DNA of 64,000 bases from NCBI GenBank assembly GCA_013239625.1, contig MU054323.1, positions 13,127,950-13,191,949 on the forward strand, in the 5' to 3' direction. Shown in pieces: positions 62,700 through 64,000 of the stretch. The DNA is from Lama guanicoe (lineage: Eukaryota). The notes under the pieces are model-generated. The model was given only the letters and a program-made list of their open reading frames with translations. It searched no databases and was not told the origin of the DNA. Both the position numbers and the translations under genes were made by a program. How positions within the stretch are numbered: the first letter of the stretch is position 1; the number at the start of each line of letters is the position of its first letter.

Positions 62700-64000
62700 G
62701 TGAGTTCCTCCACGGTCCCTAACTGTCTGTACCGGACAGAGTTTTATGAGATCGTAGCATTTAGAGCCCACCCCTCCATTCACACTGCTCTCGGCTTGAA
62801 TGGGCTTCTGTCTAGGAGTACGAGTACGCTGCTCTCACGAGATCCTTTCCGTTGCTTTTGGAATGATTTTTAACTTGATTTTTGGTTTCTGAGGAAAATG
62901 GCAAGTAGCACATTGCCCCTTATTGCTTATCATGTGCACAGCCTTGTGGTGACGGGGAGATGTCAGTAGGACAGAAGGGAACAGGCTTTAACTCAGAGCC
63001 CTAATGCACAGCTTGCACTGACCAGCTTCAGATTTTATCTGCTCATTGATAAGTAGAGTTTATGTTAGATTTGACTCGTGTTAGCAACTTTGGATGGTGG
63101 TGATTAAATTTAAACTTTTATTTCACAAATAGCCAGATCTGAAAAGATATCTAAAAATTGTCAGAATCTGTATTTTAGATATAGAAAGGGATACAGACTG
63201 ACATCTTTTGCCACGTTTCTTCCGTGTATCGAAAAACTGAATTATAAGTTGATATGTGACATGAATGTCGGGGAGGATATGCTAGTGGATTACTGTCAGC
63301 ACTTAAAAGCTTTTAATCTTTCATAATTTAAATATGAACTATGGTAGTTACTGCAAAAAGCCTTTTTACTTTTAAAAAGCCCTGTTTCTTTTTAACTTCT
63401 TTGTAAATGGAGAAAGTACTGCGGTCCACTGAATGCTGTCACACTGCCATGTTGTCATGCAATACGGTATTTTTGTCACGGAAAAATGTCTTTTATTATT
63501 TTTTGACCAATTATGGTTTGCCATGTGTACTCAAATAATCACAGACACCCACGTTACTTTATGAGTTGCTCACAAGAATAACCCAAATGTCAGACAGATA
63601 ATAACACTGGCTAGATCTGGTCTTTTTATGGAATATTGCTGTTTAGTCTTGGGAGCATGTGTCTGAGGCGAGGGGTGTCTGTTTCAAACTGACTTCCATC
63701 AAGACAAAATACAAGCAGGCAGCATGAAGTTCTTATTAGCTTTCTGATTATTGTACTGCTTTATTATAATTCCTGTTCCTTTTGAGGTCAAAGAACTGTC
63801 CTTAATAGTCTATGCTTGGGAAGAAAAATTACTTGTGCCCAAAGGTACTACTTAAAAGGGTATTGTTGATTTCCTGGCTATGATGGGGGACTTTGGGCAT
63901 ATTTTTTAAAAGAATTCAGCCATTAGGTGCCGTCATGCTTGAGCAGGGCAGAGAGCTGAGTCTAATGGGAAGTGTGTTAAACTGATGATCGGGAAACTAG

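Noticed and set aside
62700..62722. ORF tail GEFLHGP*
   Set aside because: Intronic read-through past the donor at 62700.
7983..63516. CArG boxes at 7983, 14564, 25309, 44855 and 63507
   Set aside because: About five CC(A/T)6GG matches are expected by chance in 64 kb of this composition, and two lie inside LTRs.
1..64000. tRNA, rRNA, snRNA genes or processed pseudogenes
   Set aside because: None recognised; short or diverged ncRNAs cannot be excluded without an Rfam/Infernal search.

Overview
Mammalian genomic DNA, about 64 kb, lying entirely inside the LTBP1 gene (latent TGF-beta binding protein 1) on the + strand. The L1 3'-end style and the lack of recognisable Alu, Bov-tA or PRE-1 SINEs suggest a camelid or other cetartiodactyl; this is inference only. 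Two coding exons are supported. One is a 170-bp LTBP1L-specific exon (37418-37587). The other is a 168-bp shared exon (62532-62699) that is also the 3' part of the first exon of the short isoform LTBP1S (ATG 62477, internal promoter upstream). The rest is intron with L1, L2, MIR, CR1, ERV/MaLR LTR and hAT DNA-transposon remnants, microsatellites and one assembly gap. Nearly all other ORF-track entries are spurious. The most notable non-routine structure is a 3.94-kb antisense L1 with both ends and a TSD intact but most of ORF2 deleted. Others are a probable micro 3' transduction, stacked L1 tails at one target site, a micro-inversion in an old L1, dual use of the LTBP1S signal-peptide sequence as the LTBP1L splice acceptor, and an AP-1 motif cluster. 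I found no convincing evidence of a wholly new biological system. Repeat family names are from visual recognition, not database searches.
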